Shown here piece by piece: positions 1 to 13,249 of a stretch of DNA of 64,000 bases (positions within the stretch are counted from its first letter, which is position 1; each line of letters opens with the position of its first letter). The stretch comes from Mizuhopecten yessoensis. Taxonomy: Eukaryota. The translations under genes and the position numbers were made by a program. Below the pieces are notes generated by a model. The model saw only the letters and a program-made list of their open reading frames with translations, searched no databases and was not told where the DNA came from. The DNA is taken from assembly GCF_002113885.1 (NCBI RefSeq), contig NW_018407700.1, positions 1,220,141 through 1,284,140 of the forward strand, given 5' to 3'.

Positions 1-235
1 TATCTGACTGGTCGTATATAAGGCACTAAGACTCCATGTTATGTTAGCCTATAGGACGATCGGACCTATCTGACTGGTCGTATATAAGGCACTAAGACTC
101 CATGTTATGTTAGCCTATAGGACGATCGGACATATCTGACTGGTCGTATATAAGGCACTAACACTCCATGTTATGTTAGCCTATAGGACGATCGGACCTA
201 TCTGACTGGTCGTATATAAAGCACAAACACTCCAT
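1..235. repeat. 66-bp tandem repeat, at least 3.5 copies, truncated by the window start
   Basis: tatctgactggtcgtatata recurs at 1, 67, 133 and 199. Confidence 0.95.
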
Positions 236-2620
236 ATCACTGTACTGTTATAGCTATAACAGGACTATCAGATGTAACCGACCGAGTTTATATTTTCTTT
301 AACTCCATTGTTACTTGTATTTTAATGATCTCATAAATATTCAGTTTGGAGAAAAAAAATCTGTCCTGATTTTATTGATTGATATTCCTTTGAAAATATT
401 ATGAGATGTAATGACTAACTAGAAGCTAGTCACAATGCCAGCTGTTTTAACTTCCATCTCTCAACATGGTGAATATACAAAACAATTTTCCAAAATATAC
501 ATTTGTGTCAGCTGAGAAGAGACAATAGTATTAATTATCACCAGGGTAGCAGTATGGTAGCAGAACTTCAGGGAAATGAATTCTGATCTTTAAGTGACTT
601 TTACAAATTTTGTATTGAGGTACATTTTGTTGTGGTAATAAGGTACATTATATTGTAGTATTAGATACATAAGTTCTTTGATGTAGTTTACTATTCTGAT
701 AATACAGTCACTTTTCTTATTTTTCATTTACATATAATAGCTGTATGTTTGGTTTTGTCTTCTCAGATTTTTAGTTTTACTTGTAAAGTTTGATTTGTAG
801 AGTGTATATAAAGATCAATAGGGAAATAGAAAGAAAAACCGATATTAGAGGAAACGATTTACACTTTTATACTGCAAAAACTTGTGTAGTTTTGCAGAGG
901 TTTTTCTTGTTGAAATTTAGTTTGAAGGATGGGGGAGGGGAGGGGGGATTAACATAGGTAGGATAGTTACTGAGTTTTAACCATAGTTTTATCTATGATG
1001 TAGAACAACTAGATATTTAAGCTACCTGGGTAAACATACCTGAGTAGATTCACAATCCTCTGTAATCATAAGGAAGTATCAAAACTTCCAGCTTCAAGTT
1101 TCAAGTTTTATTCAAACTTTGGGCCATGGCCCATCAGTGTACAAAACATATTTTACACAAATCATGGACAATGTACAGAGGATGAAAACAATCATACTCC
1201 ATTATAATACCCTTAATTTGTTTGCCTCTGCATGCATGAATTTTCCTAGTATACAGCTTGACAACCGCATGTTCAGCCGGCCAGGTCTATCAAACATTTT
1301 GTTAAGATAATATACATAATCCTTTAGCTTTATTAATTACAAAATACTTAAAAAGGATAAACATGTCTTAATGTTAGCTTAATTAATTACAAAACACTTA
1401 AAAAGGATATACATGTCCTTATATAATTTTAGCTTAATTAATTACAAAACATACATGTCCTAATGTTTCGTTTATAAGTCATAAGTCTAAATTTCAGGCC
1501 TTTTGTGATTTTGATACAAAATATCATCAAAATCACAGATATACATTTGAAATAGGCGAATTGTTTTTCTTGGAGAAATCTATTTTAAAAGGTTAATGTT
1601 TTTTCAAATAGAAAATAATTCTTTTTCACCATTTTCTGTAAAAGAATTTGTAGTGCTGCTGGTAAAAATGTTATGGATGTGTTTTCAGTCTAAGTGTTAT
1701 TTTTCTATTGGACTTGGGATAATTCCCATCACAGTTATAAAAAAATCCTCATTTTTCCTTCATGTTCAGGAAAAATAAAATATTCACTTGAAAGAATTTG
1801 ACAGGTTTGAAATGATTTTGAACTGTTTTGTCAGATGTGTTCATGGTTTGATGCTGCTGCCCGAAGTGTTTCTAATGTAGACAGTCTGTTGTCCGTATGT
1901 CAAACTGTTTTTGTTTTTTTTATTTTGTCAAAGAAGTGATTTTCAAATGACCTTTTGTGAAAGAAATTTTATGTGTGTTTGGCATTAAAAGTGTAAGTCA
2001 GTGACATAGGGTTGACTAGGTTGTTAGCGGTACAGTATCATTGATCAGATGTTTACGATGACGGGCCTTTCTGGGAGGGCGGGATGCTCCAGGAATCACG
2101 CAGAGCAAGGAGGCTGGGTATTGATTGTGTGGTCTTACACAGATGTCTCCGTGTAAGGGGTGCCGGTACATCGCAAGAGGCAGACGGCCAGCATTGGTGT
2201 CCACAAAGCAAGCATAACGCTTGTCACATAATAGTGTGTGGCGCGTGGAGTACGAGATCTGGTGTGGACCATACCGGTCGGTTATTGGTATAAGGACTTA
2301 AATGATATTGCTCCGTACAAGGTTTGTATGACAAAAAGAGTTGTAGAATTACAGTATTGAGGGTCATCGTAGTGAGATGGTGCTACGTGGGAATCATTTA
2401 CTTAATCATAATCACATTGTTTTTAAATGTTTTGAGTTGTATTTTTGGATGAACCTGTGATAATTCTATTCCTTTAGTAACACCAGTGTTGTTCTAGTTT
2501 TACCCAAAACATGATCAATAATAAACATTAGGGTTTTCATTAATGAAGAAAAAAGACATAACTCTTATCATCAACAATATTTTTAACATTTCCATGTTAA
2601 CAAGTGATTGAGCTGGTGAT

Positions 2621-2826
2621 AGATCTAACCCACTTGTTTGGGTCATTCCCAGATCTAACCCACTTGTTTGGGTCATTCCCAGATCTAACCCACTTGTTTG
2701 GGTCATTCCCAGATCTAACCCACTTGTTTGGGTCATTCCCAGATCTAACTGAACCCACTTGTTTGGGTCATTCCTAGATCTAACCCACTTGTTTGGGTCA
2801 TTCCCAGATCTAACCCACTTGTTTGG
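2621..2826. repeat. 30-bp minisatellite (agatctaacccacttgtttgggtcattccc), about 7 copies
   Basis: Direct inspection. Confidence 0.95.
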
Positions 2827-2894
2827 ACCTAATTTGAATTGATTTGTTACAAGAGAAATCTTCTCTGCATGAGTCCAGATAAGATTAATAGGTG

Positions 2895-3027
2895 CTGAGG
2901 TTTACTGTTAAATCACCAATGTTCTGGATCTCAGTGGTGAGGTTTACTGTTAAATCACCGGTGTTCTGGATCTCAGTGGTGAGGTTTACTGTTTAATCAC
3001 AGGTGTTCTGTCTCACTGAGATCCAGG
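2895..3027. repeat. 42-bp tandem repeat x3 followed by a short inverted copy (cactgagatccag)
   Basis: gaggtttactgttaaatcac...ctggatctcagtg is repeated; the reverse complement of ctggatctcagtg follows at about 3014-3026. Confidence 0.8.
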
Positions 3028-5868
3028 CATCCTTCATCGTGTGGTTACCTGTGTACTGTTATACATTTGCTGCACACATCATGTCTGTGGTCACTGTACT
3101 GCGGCCAGGTCAGTCACGCGTAACGTGTGTTGATGGACGACTCTAACATGCATAAACTATCTCCTCATATTGATGATCAGACGTTGACATTGTGTTACTG
3201 TGTTTGTCAGCGAAAAATATAGACTTTTAACTCCACTTTTTTATGATGTATTACTACTAGTCCTCCGTTTTCTACCGGAGGGGACTAAAATTCTCTGTCC
3301 CAAAACTGTTTTCAGCGCATATATCTTCTATAAATGGAGTGAGGATCATAGATGGGCAACATGAAGGACACTCCTGCTGATTTCAGCTCCTATCACTATG
3401 TAAACATTAAAATCATCCAAATCAATTGTAATGGGATTTAAACTATCATAATTAATAATCAAAATGTTGATATATCATAGTCTTAGTATTACTCTTTGTA
3501 AAATCCCAACTTCAAAAGAGTGATTTTGAAAATTTACAATTTTTAGCTTAGTATTGCAAATGCAGGAGACACCAAAATATACTACATACTCTGCATGTGC
3601 ATGTCATGGATGTCATGAGCAGGTTGACCTGCCAAAATACAGGTGACTTGGCATATTCTTTCTAAACTACACGTTAAACTTTAAATAACTTGTGTATGCA
3701 TTTTGGTTAATAAAAGAGACCTTAACAGATAGGGGACTTAATTAAGACTACCTTACACTACCTCGACCTGTTCTATTATGCTTACTCATCAATCTATAAT
3801 TACGATAACCATTTCAGCGTCTATAGCAGATTCACACAGAAATGAGCATTGCTGTATCTGACTTTCAGACTTTATGCTAAGTTTAGATTTTTTTGAATTG
3901 AAAAACTGAAGACTTTTGGACGAGGCAGCATTATTTTGAAAGACATTCTGAAGGTGGGATTTACAGATCTGATATCCCATATTCTGCTTCAAGGGTGAAA
4001 AATTCAGATAGGTTTTTATGAAAAAGAAAATTAGAACATTTTGTGTTAGTCATCATAAAGCAGCGTTAGTCATTGTTGAAGCATGCATCTGTTATCGACA
4101 TGCTTACTCATCTGTCACCAATAAACTTGCTCCTTTTGTATTATAGATGTGTTGCTTTCTGAGACAACAAAAACCAGGTTAACACGCCACGAGAGAAAAA
4201 GTGGCAGGAATTCTTTTACAAGATATGCCTGAATGGGTCAGTTCATTGTGGGGCTGAAATTAATTGTTCATCTGTTTATTAAACTTAAATGTGATGAAGC
4301 ACAAACCACAGTAGCCTGATCATCTGTCTACATTGATATATCACCCTAGCCAGCGCTACTGGTTTCTTCCTTTCATTCTTTCTGAATGCAAATCCCCGTG
4401 TAAAATACTTTTGTATCAATTTAATTATTTATGTAAATGTATCTCTTATTTATAAAGAACTGTGAATTACAATTCCGTCACGTTATCTTTGATGTATTGA
4501 AATACCGACGATAATTTTAAGTGATACTTGCCCTAATTTGCTGTGACATTAGATCTTCTATAAAGACAGTACTGTAGGAGGGCTGTTTTATCACCTTTTT
4601 GTGTTTTTTACCTTCATGTTGTTCTAAACTGACGGATATATATAAGCAGTATAAATCTACAACCTAACACATGAAGCTGTGATTTTTGTCTGAGTTATCT
4701 CCCTTTGCAGTACTAACAATTCAAGATTACTGGAGCATTATTATGGCATGAATTTTTGTATATAATGAACCATGTCCAACCATCTCTGTAAGAGATTTGA
4801 TAGGTTTCAATATAGCGTAAAAATTTCAATAAGGTATCATACACCCTTAGCTGAAAGTGTGTTTCAGAGTTCTAAAGGAGCTTTCCTCTCGTTGTTTTCT
4901 GTGTTATGATTTATTGTGGTAATTATCATCTTTCTCACAACTGGCAACCTTTCCTTATGATTCAACCATGTGACTGAACTCATGTTCAGGTAAAGGTCAC
5001 TGTCAATTCACTGAAGAATTGTTTGAGCTCAGTTACACCTCTTCATGGGTATTGATGTCCTCGGACGGTGGATAGTTAAATAGTTGTCCTAGGCATGAGT
5101 ACTTTATATAAATGATTTAACAATATCCTTAGTTATATAAATAAAACGACTATAGCAAATAATAGATGCATGCATTGCAGTTGGTTATTTCTCAGTGAAT
5201 AATAATAGTGTCCAGAAACCTTAATGATTGAATGGATATTTCTGCATGATGAAACAGCAATTTGTCAGGTGATTGTTTGACCAAAACAAGTTCATCAGAT
5301 TGTAATGGTCCAGTCACGACCCTACTGATCTGCTGTGTTCTTCGTGGTGTATCACATAAAATCGTGACATTTCTGAGACGCACAGAGCTAATGTTACAAA
5401 AAAGTTGACAATCAATTTTTGTATTGTTTTTTGCCTTTTCGCCACGACAGCTGAGCTTTTAATTTTACGGTGTAAATGTTGTTGAAGGCTGTGGTGGATT
5501 CGTTGCTGACCAATAGGAGCTATGGTGTCACTATAGTAACAAGGTTGATGGTACTGTATTTCTGTTTGTGTCATGAATGATTGGAAGAGAGATTGAGTGA
5601 TGGACTGTTAAAAATGGATGGGTAATTGATGTGTGTCAAAAAATGAAATATGAAGGATTGTAGAAGTCAGAAATATAAGATTAAGAGATGGAATTCCAAT
5701 GAAAGTGCTCTTTGTTTTGTCATTCAATCCTAGTATAGGTAAGGAGTTGAATGTCGGAGATCTTTACTTTGTAAACATGCCTTCTGTATTGGTATATCAT
5801 TTGGTTTTTTACATTGTGAATATTTTATTTTTCAGTTTGGTGCCTGGAATCTGCTTGGATCAAACAAG

Positions 5869-7323
5869 ATGGCACGGCGTCTGCCTTACCGGTTGTATTT
5901 TATGTGTCTTTGTGGACTATACCTAGTGATGGTGTTTGTCTTCCATGGACGTCTACAGCTAGACATCACCAAGACACAATTCACCAGTCGCCATAAACTT
6001 AACAGTCACAGTCTGATGAACGTGGTTGGTAAGGCTGCAAGTCAGTCAAACCCAGAACAACATGGAGTCCGGCAGTTACGCCACATTAAACGTGCTGTCA
6101 ATGACAAAGTTGTCAATGCCACCCAACAGGTGGCGCTGAACGATTGGCGTTCATCATGTTTGCTAAATTCAGATTCAAAACAGTTCACCTATGTTCCTGT
6201 GAAGCCTAAAGTATTCTATGTTTATTCGGCCTACCTAGATAAACGAGATGAGGCTCCGGTTGTCAGGGTAATAGCGCTTATTGTAAGGGGTAAGAAAAGT
6301 AAGATAGATGTCAAATGTCTTTTTCGTGTTGGTGCTAAAGAATTTGTAATGAACGCTACGATATATGAAATGTGTGAAAATCATAATAGAAGGTTTGGTG
6401 GATATATTCTCTCTTGTTCCCTCCCAAACATTGTCAGACAACCATGCCAGGTGGCCATTACCTATGTTGACAGTGAATTGGGAGAAAAATTTGAGAAGCT
6501 CACACGCAAATATATTACACTCAACATTATGAAGATAGAGCCCGAGTCGGCTCCCTTTAAGTTTGGAGTATGTATTCCTCCACTGTTTGGAGATGTTAAA
6601 AAGTCAAGCATTGTGGAGTTTATAGAACTGACAAAGCTGTTAGGCTCACAACATTTTGTGTTTTATGATTTCAATATTACTAGTAATGGTACCAAAGAGG
6701 TATTAGATTATTATGCCAAAGAAAGGACAGTTACCGTTATACCCTGGAAACTACCTAGCCATATTGAAGAACGTGACATCTGGTACCATGGTCAGCTGCT
6801 GGCTCATAACGACTGTTTATATCGATCAATGAGTTTAATGAATGTGGTCGCTATTAATGACATTGATGAGTACATTATTCCTCATGACAATTATCCTACC
6901 TGGAATTCATCTTTGATGCCTATTATGACCAATAACGTTGTAGGCCTTAGTTTTAACAGTGCTTTTTATGACCCCCATGCAGGTAAGAATCATCCTTCTG
7001 GTTTGATTACAATTGGCAATACAGGACGGTCAAAACTGTTCAGCAGAATACGAACCAAGGTCATGTTAAAACCAGACAAAGTGTTCGAGGTTGGAATTCA
7101 TCATGTCAGTAAACCTGCCAAAGAAAGATATGTGATCAAGAAAGTGGAGAACGATATAGCGTACCTTCACCATTACAGGAAGTGTGTGTCTAACTACGGA
7201 ATGAGATGTACAGAGTTTCAGCAGGACGACTCTGTCAACAAGTACTATGACAAGTTAAAACTCAACTTTGATTTCATCATGAATAAATTTGGTCACACTG
7301 ATTCAGAGCTAGGATCACAATGA
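5869..7323 (+). CDS. Glycosyltransferase family 92 (GT92/DUF23) protein, predicted type II Golgi membrane, GALT-1-like; single coding exon, 484 aa
   Basis: Intact ORF. Short basic N-terminus followed by a TM helix (LYFMCLCGLYLVMVFVF). GT92-type motifs VYSAYLD, VCIPPLF, HFVFY, GQLLAHNDCLYR, DxD (DIDEYI), KVMLKPDKV..GIHH and LHHYR. Acceptor ttttattttttcag| at 5835 precedes the ATG, implying a 5'UTR intron. AATAAA at 7412. Confidence 0.9.
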   Translation: MARRLPYRLYFMCLCGLYLVMVFVFHGRLQLDITKTQFTSRHKLNSHSLMNVVGKAASQSNPEQHGVRQLRHIKRAVNDKVVNATQQVALNDWRSSCLLNSDSKQFTYVPVKPKVFYVYSAYLDKRDEAPVVRVIALIVRGKKSKIDVKCLFRVGAKEFVMNATIYEMCENHNRRFGGYILSCSLPNIVRQPCQVAITYVDSELGEKFEKLTRKYITLNIMKIEPESAPFKFGVCIPPLFGDVKKSSIVEFIELTKLLGSQHFVFYDFNITSNGTKEVLDYYAKERTVTVIPWKLPSHIEERDIWYHGQLLAHNDCLYRSMSLMNVVAINDIDEYIIPHDNYPTWNSSLMPIMTNNVVGLSFNSAFYDPHAGKNHPSGLITIGNTGRSKLFSRIRTKVMLKPDKVFEVGIHHVSKPAKERYVIKKVENDIAYLHHYRKCVSNYGMRCTEFQQDDSVNKYYDKLKLNFDFIMNKFGHTDSELGSQ

Positions 7324-7639
7324 TGTTAAAAGTATTTAATTCATGGTGAATATGACTGTATTAGCTCAGTCTACATAGATTTTATGTGTGAAGGGGCAAT
7401 ATGCCGTACTTAATAAAAAGGAAACCGCTCAGTATAGGATCATTATAATATAGACAGTTTGGTGCTTTCATTTGTATTCAGTATGCATGTGAGATCTTAT
7501 TTAAAAGGAAATGATTGCCAGATAGTCCCAGATTTATAACAATGTGGAACCATTGTTTTATTAAATGTAGCAATAGTTTAAAGTTAGTTAAAACAACACG
7601 TTGGTAAAGGATATGATATACTGTTTAACCTCCAGCTTT

Positions 7640-8518
7640 GTCATGTGTTGTCATACAATTATGTAGAGATATATGTGTTGTCAGACAAGTGTGTAGGGAT
7701 GTATGTGTTGTCATACAAGTATGTAGAGATGTATGTGTTGTCATACAAGTGTGTGGGGATGTATGTGTGTTCATACAAGTGTGTGGGGATGTATGTGTTG
7801 TCATACCAGTGTGTGGGGATGTATGTGTTGTCATACAAGTGTGTAGAGATGTATGTGTTGTCATACAAGTGTGTGGGGGTGTATGTGTTGTCATACAAGT
7901 ATGTAGGGATGTATGTGTTGTCATACAAGTGTGTAGAGATTTATGTGTTGTCATACAAGTGTGTGGGGGTGTATGGGTTGTCATACAAGTATGTAGGGAT
8001 GTATGTGTTGTCATACAAGGGTGTGGGGATGTATGTGTTGTCATACAAGTATGTGGGGATGTATGTGTCATCATACAAGTGTGTGGGGGTGTATGTGTGG
8101 TCATACAAGTGTGTGGGGATGTATGTGTTGTCATACAAGTGTGTGGGGATGTATGTGTGTTCATACAAGTGTGTGGGGATGTATGTGTTGTCATACAAGT
8201 ATGTGGGGATGTATGTGTCATCATACAAGTGTGTGGGGTTGTATGTGTGGTCATACAAGTGTGTTGGGATGTATGTGTTGTCATACAAATGTGTAGGGCT
8301 GTATGTGTTGTCATACAAGTGTCTAGGGATGTATGTGTTGTCATACAAGGGTGTAAGGATGTATGCGTTGTCATACAAGTATGTGGGGATGTATGTGTCA
8401 TCATACAAGTGTGTGTGGGTGTATGTGTGGTCATACAAGCGTGTGGGGATGTATGTGTTGTCATACAAGTGTGTATGGATGTATGTGTTGTCATACAAGT
8501 GTGTAGGGATGTATGTGT
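7640..8518. repeat. 30-bp GT-rich minisatellite (gtatgtgttgtcatacaagtgtgtggggat), about 29 copies
   Basis: Exact 30-nt periodicity; accounts for all overlapping repetitive ORFs at 7625-8636. Confidence 0.97.
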
Positions 8519-8953
8519 GACCATTGTCTGATATACTGATGATGTTAACTGTTTTAGTCTGTGATACAAAATTCATTTTTATGTCTGAGTAATCAATATT
8601 TGCATAATCATCCTCACAAAGTCTTAATTTATCCATGTTTGTATAGTGATAACCTTGATGTCTGAATTAACATTTGTAGATTTACATTATCTTAAAGTAC
8701 TGATCGATAAGTTATTGTGGAATAGGATTCGTTATTCTCCAATCCTTCACAGGGGTGTACACCTCTCTATTTAGCTAGGGGGAGCTCGCCTCATGAAGAA
8801 TAGCACACACTCAATTGTGATGTCATTAAAAGTAAATAGCGATTGTGACATTCTAAAAATTAAATGGCAATATTCATTCACCACATGTGCTTTTGTTTAC
8901 AAACAAGCTAGACTACCATCGGTGAAGTAGTAAGGATAGGATGGTATGATACG

Positions 8954-9064
8954 ACAGAGAAATCAATCTCCAACCCGAGGGCTGACTTTTTGGTTGTTCA
9001 ATTTCATGCTCTGCCGAGGGTTATACAACCAAATAGTCACTCTGAGGGTTGGGCCTTTCTCTGT
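8954..9064. repeat. Imperfect hairpin element (ACAGAGAAA...CCAACCC...TTGGTTG / CAACCAA...GGGTTGG...TTTCTCTGT), probable non-autonomous DNA element remnant
   Basis: Nested inverted arms are visible. A more decayed stretch of similar design lies at about 43575-43700. Confidence 0.45.
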
Positions 9065-9653
9065 TACACCCTCAATTCAACAGGATGTCAATTTCATCAC
9101 GTCATAGGCAGTCAATTTCATAATGTCTTAGACGGGCAGTCAATTTCATGACATTTTAATATTGTTTTTTTTGTTGTTGTTGTACATGTGGTATTTATAT
9201 TATACAACATGTCGACCAGTAAAGAAGAAGTGTACAAATCAACAGCTGATATTGAGAGATATGTCAGAATAATTACAGGCAAAAACAACATTGTACATTA
9301 TCACACTGTAATTTTAAGTCAAGGTGCAGTGTGTGATTGTTATTTTTTTGAATGGGATTATTCTCTTGACGATGCGGTAAAGAGATTTTAGTTGAACATA
9401 CTGGTAATCATTGCATTTGTATTTCAATTAAAGTGTGTACAGTGACAAGTAGAACACTTTGTTTTAATTATGGATATCTTGAGATGAAATTAAGGACGAA
9501 GCAAGAAATCTGGATTCTGTACATGTGCCATATATTTTGTTTTGATTTTGTGCTATTTTTTTCAATATTTCATTTTTGTTGTGCTAGAAATAAGTGCAAT
9601 TGCGAAAATATTTTTATAAGGTTATTTATATTTGTTCCATACATGATTTTACA

Positions 9654-9900
9654 TAGTTTTGTCCTGTGGGAAACATATTAATAGTTTTAATTGTCCTGTG
9701 GGGAACATATTAATAGTTTTGTCCTGTGGGGAACATATTAATAGTTTTAATTGTCTTGTGGGGAACATATTAATAGTTTTGTCCTGTGGGGAACATATTA
9801 ATAGTTTTGTCCTGTGGGGAACATTTTAATAGTTTCAATTGTCCTGTGGGGAACATATTAATAGTTTTGTCCTGTGGGGAACATATTAATAGTTTCAATT
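9654..9900. repeat. 28/33-bp minisatellite (gtcctgtggggaacatattaatagtttt[aatt]), about 8 copies
   Basis: Direct inspection. Confidence 0.93.
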
Positions 9901-10777
9901 TTCGTCAAAAACATATGTTTCTCGTACCGAGATCTTGTGCATAGAATGAAACCACCCAATCTGTCATCTGGATTGGTCCATTTCAATCAAAGGGCAATTG
10001 AGGTTTTATCTTCTGTTTACAAAATACAACTTATTAATTATAGGGGAAAAAAATCTTCACCATCTGCTAATATTTGCTTTAATTCTTTTCTTCTCCGATC
10101 AAACTATGAATTGACTGGTAGACACTAAATCAATCATGTGGTTCACATATGTTCCATGTGGACGTACAGAGGCTGTGGTACTGACGTGTGCTCTGTTCGT
10201 CTCTGTAGCAATTACATCAATGATCAACTGTTACATGTTAGCTACCAGCAGTCTCATCATGTTGATTTTAATGACAAGTTTTGTTTATTTTTTTTATGGA
10301 TTTTTTGTTATATAAATGTTTGTGGATCACATACAATACATATTCTTTGACTAGGAAATGTCCTTCTGATTGTATCCTACTTCTTCTTGTTGTGTAAATA
10401 GTAAACAGACATGCCCTTTTGATCATGTGTGCCATAAATCTCTGTTCAAGTAAATACTGCATGTACAAATAGTGTTTATTCACAACACTGACTGTGGGTG
10501 ATTGTATCTGTAGAGTGGGAGTGTTTAGATAAGAATTAATTTGTGTAAAATTGTAATCAGTGTTGATGTGAGTAAGTGATTGGCCAGTTGTTGAGAGAAT
10601 TAGCGATGATTAACTCTCACAGAAGTTTACATAATCTGTATACACATATATGTCGACCTCGGAGTGTTGTTTCCATGGCTGAGCGATCTTATTGCTAAAG
10701 TGTACAATTTCACATGACTTCGGTGACACTGTTTTGTCTCATTGAAATAAGTAGATGTACCTTCTCATCTTTATTGT

Positions 10778-11078
10778 CATCAGGTAGTTTATTTACACGA
10801 TAAAACAGTAATTAGTGTAATAAAGTAATAACTCTTTGAAACTGTTTGGTGTACCTTCACATCAGGTAGTTTATTTACACAATAAAACAGTAATTAGTGT
10901 AATAAAGTAATAACTCTTTGAAACAGTTTGGTGTACCTTCACATCAGGTAGTTTATTTACACAATAAAGTAGTAATTAGTGTAATAAAAAACGTCCATTG
11001 AAACATTTTGGTGTAAATTTACATCAGGAAATTTATAATAAACAATAAATTAGAAATAAGTAATTAGTGTAATAAAAT
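10778..11078. repeat. About 82-bp tandem repeat, 3-4 copies
   Basis: catcaggtagtttatttacac...gtaattagtgtaataaa is repeated. Confidence 0.88.
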
Positions 11079-13249
11079 GATATGTTTTACACCTGACTGA
11101 CCATATTGTCCTTCCCAAACATAAACAGCTACAGATCTAATACACCCTACCATTTGTGCAGCGATTCTCATTTTGTCAGAAGTTGAGAGCTTTGAGTCAG
11201 AAATGTCACAATATAACTTTTGCACCGACGGTACCATGACAGCCCAGTGCTAATCCTCTGCTGGTTATGACTCATAACGGGCCATAGTTTGTTCTGCTAC
11301 AACTGAATGCCATTTGTACATGTGGAGAAATGTACAACATGTTATGCAGAGCATCACTAAAATTGGACTGTAAAGACATCATGTCTTCCATTGCAGATTC
11401 AATTTGTATAGCATTGTTAGGGATAACCTCTTCTGTCAGCATAGCAGACCGAATATATAATAGGATTTAGTCAGCAGATGTATTTTGTCAGTGACACCAA
11501 AAAGTACAGAAAATCAAATAAGTTTGACAGATTGATCTGTTCATGTTATTTTGTTGATAGACTAATTTGGGAATACAAATCTTCATTCAGGCACTGTATT
11601 TTGAAAAAGCAATACCTAGGTATATAAATATCTCCAGTCATGTAATGTATTTTAAGAAATGATGATTAAAAATCTTCTGTCAAGCACTGCATTGAAGTGG
11701 ATCTGCCTTCAAAATAATGTATATTACCCATAAAATACAACCTGAAAAGATTTAAAAGTGCATAGTTTTAAAACCCCAGGATTTACTATGAGATGTCCAT
11801 GTAGGCATTTTGTAGAAGCAAGATTTACTTACATTCTTTTTGATCGAATTATGTTTATTTACATAATAAAATTATTTTTATGAGGACTTTTTTTATTTAT
11901 AGCATTTTGGAGATTGCTCCTTGCAATTATTTATGTCATANTACCCCCTTTGCGAGGAAACTTCCCTAAAACTATTCCCTAGTGTTATCTCCCTTGGAAA
12001 ATTAGGTATATTTTGAGATTAATTCTTTTGTACTTTTTAAATATGTTGTCATTAAATAAATTGAATGCAAATTAAGTTTAAAAAAAAACACTTTTTATGT
12101 AAGTTTCCTGAGTATGGATCTCCTTAGAATATCTCGATGCATGTCACAGTTTGAGAAATATTGTGAGATTAATCGATTTATAATGCAGGGAACCTTCTAG
12201 ATCCCTCCTTTATAATATTATACCTGTATGTATCTGATACAGACTGTATAAGACTTCAAAAACAACATTCATGTGCCAAAGAATTTTTTTGATTTTTTGG
12301 TGCATGTTAAAATGTATTTATGACCTAATTAAATCAATTAATTAATGATCATAAATCTAGTCTTCTGTTAGCTGTCATTTATAATGATTACTAACAGGTA
12401 ATGAAATGTGGTTTCAATCTGTATTAGGTTGCCGTTGTGATAGTGTCTTTACCACATTAAACACTTATCTAGGATCAAGAATGATCCATTTGTGTTTATT
12501 AGGTGAGAAAGGTTTGTTTTATGTATTCCAACTCAGTATGTATTTGTGTTAGTATGTAGACCGGAACCTACATAAAAAGATAGACTAGCATTAATGTTAG
12601 ATCAGAGAGAGAGGTACGTATAGATTTTGAGAAAGTTTAGTGAAACTGGTGACACACAGTCTAACGGTATACGTACATGGCTAGATCATGCAGGTTTGTG
12701 ACTTGTGTGTTCTCTATCTATTGAATTCTTTGTAGACTATATATATGTTCAACCAATCTTCAAACTAGAAGATATCTTATGTTTATAATTTTATAAATTC
12801 ATGCAATGTTTTGAAATGTCTGAAATTCTTTTCTATACATGTATAGGTATTGACCCTCGTTATTCCTGAAATGTTGGGCAAATGCCAGATCATCATTATT
12901 TCATGAGCTGCAATAAGCCCATTTTATTCCACGGAAAGACCTCTTATTCATTTTGTTAATCTTTTTTCTTGCAAGAAGCTCTGCTGATTCCCAACTTCTA
13001 ATCCTATAGGTCTTAGAGGCCCCTTCAGGCTTACTGCAAGTTATGGGGGAAGTAGAAAAAAATTGTTTTGCAGATTTGGTTAAACAAGACTTGAAAGACA
13101 TCAAGAAAAACTGGTTTTCAGTCCAATATCTTATGGTTTCGGTTAAACCAGATTATTTTGTGTCATAAAGTAAAGATATATATAATAGTAGGTCTTAAGA
13201 TTGGTTTGTCAGTAAAGATCAATTTCACTGTATCAGGAAAATACAGTTT

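Noticed and set aside
7625-8636. Long ORFs on both strands (THTSPHTCM, VCVVIQ, YVLSYK, YDNTYIPTHL repeats)
   Set aside because: All are translations of a 30-bp minisatellite open in several frames at once; no splice or domain support.
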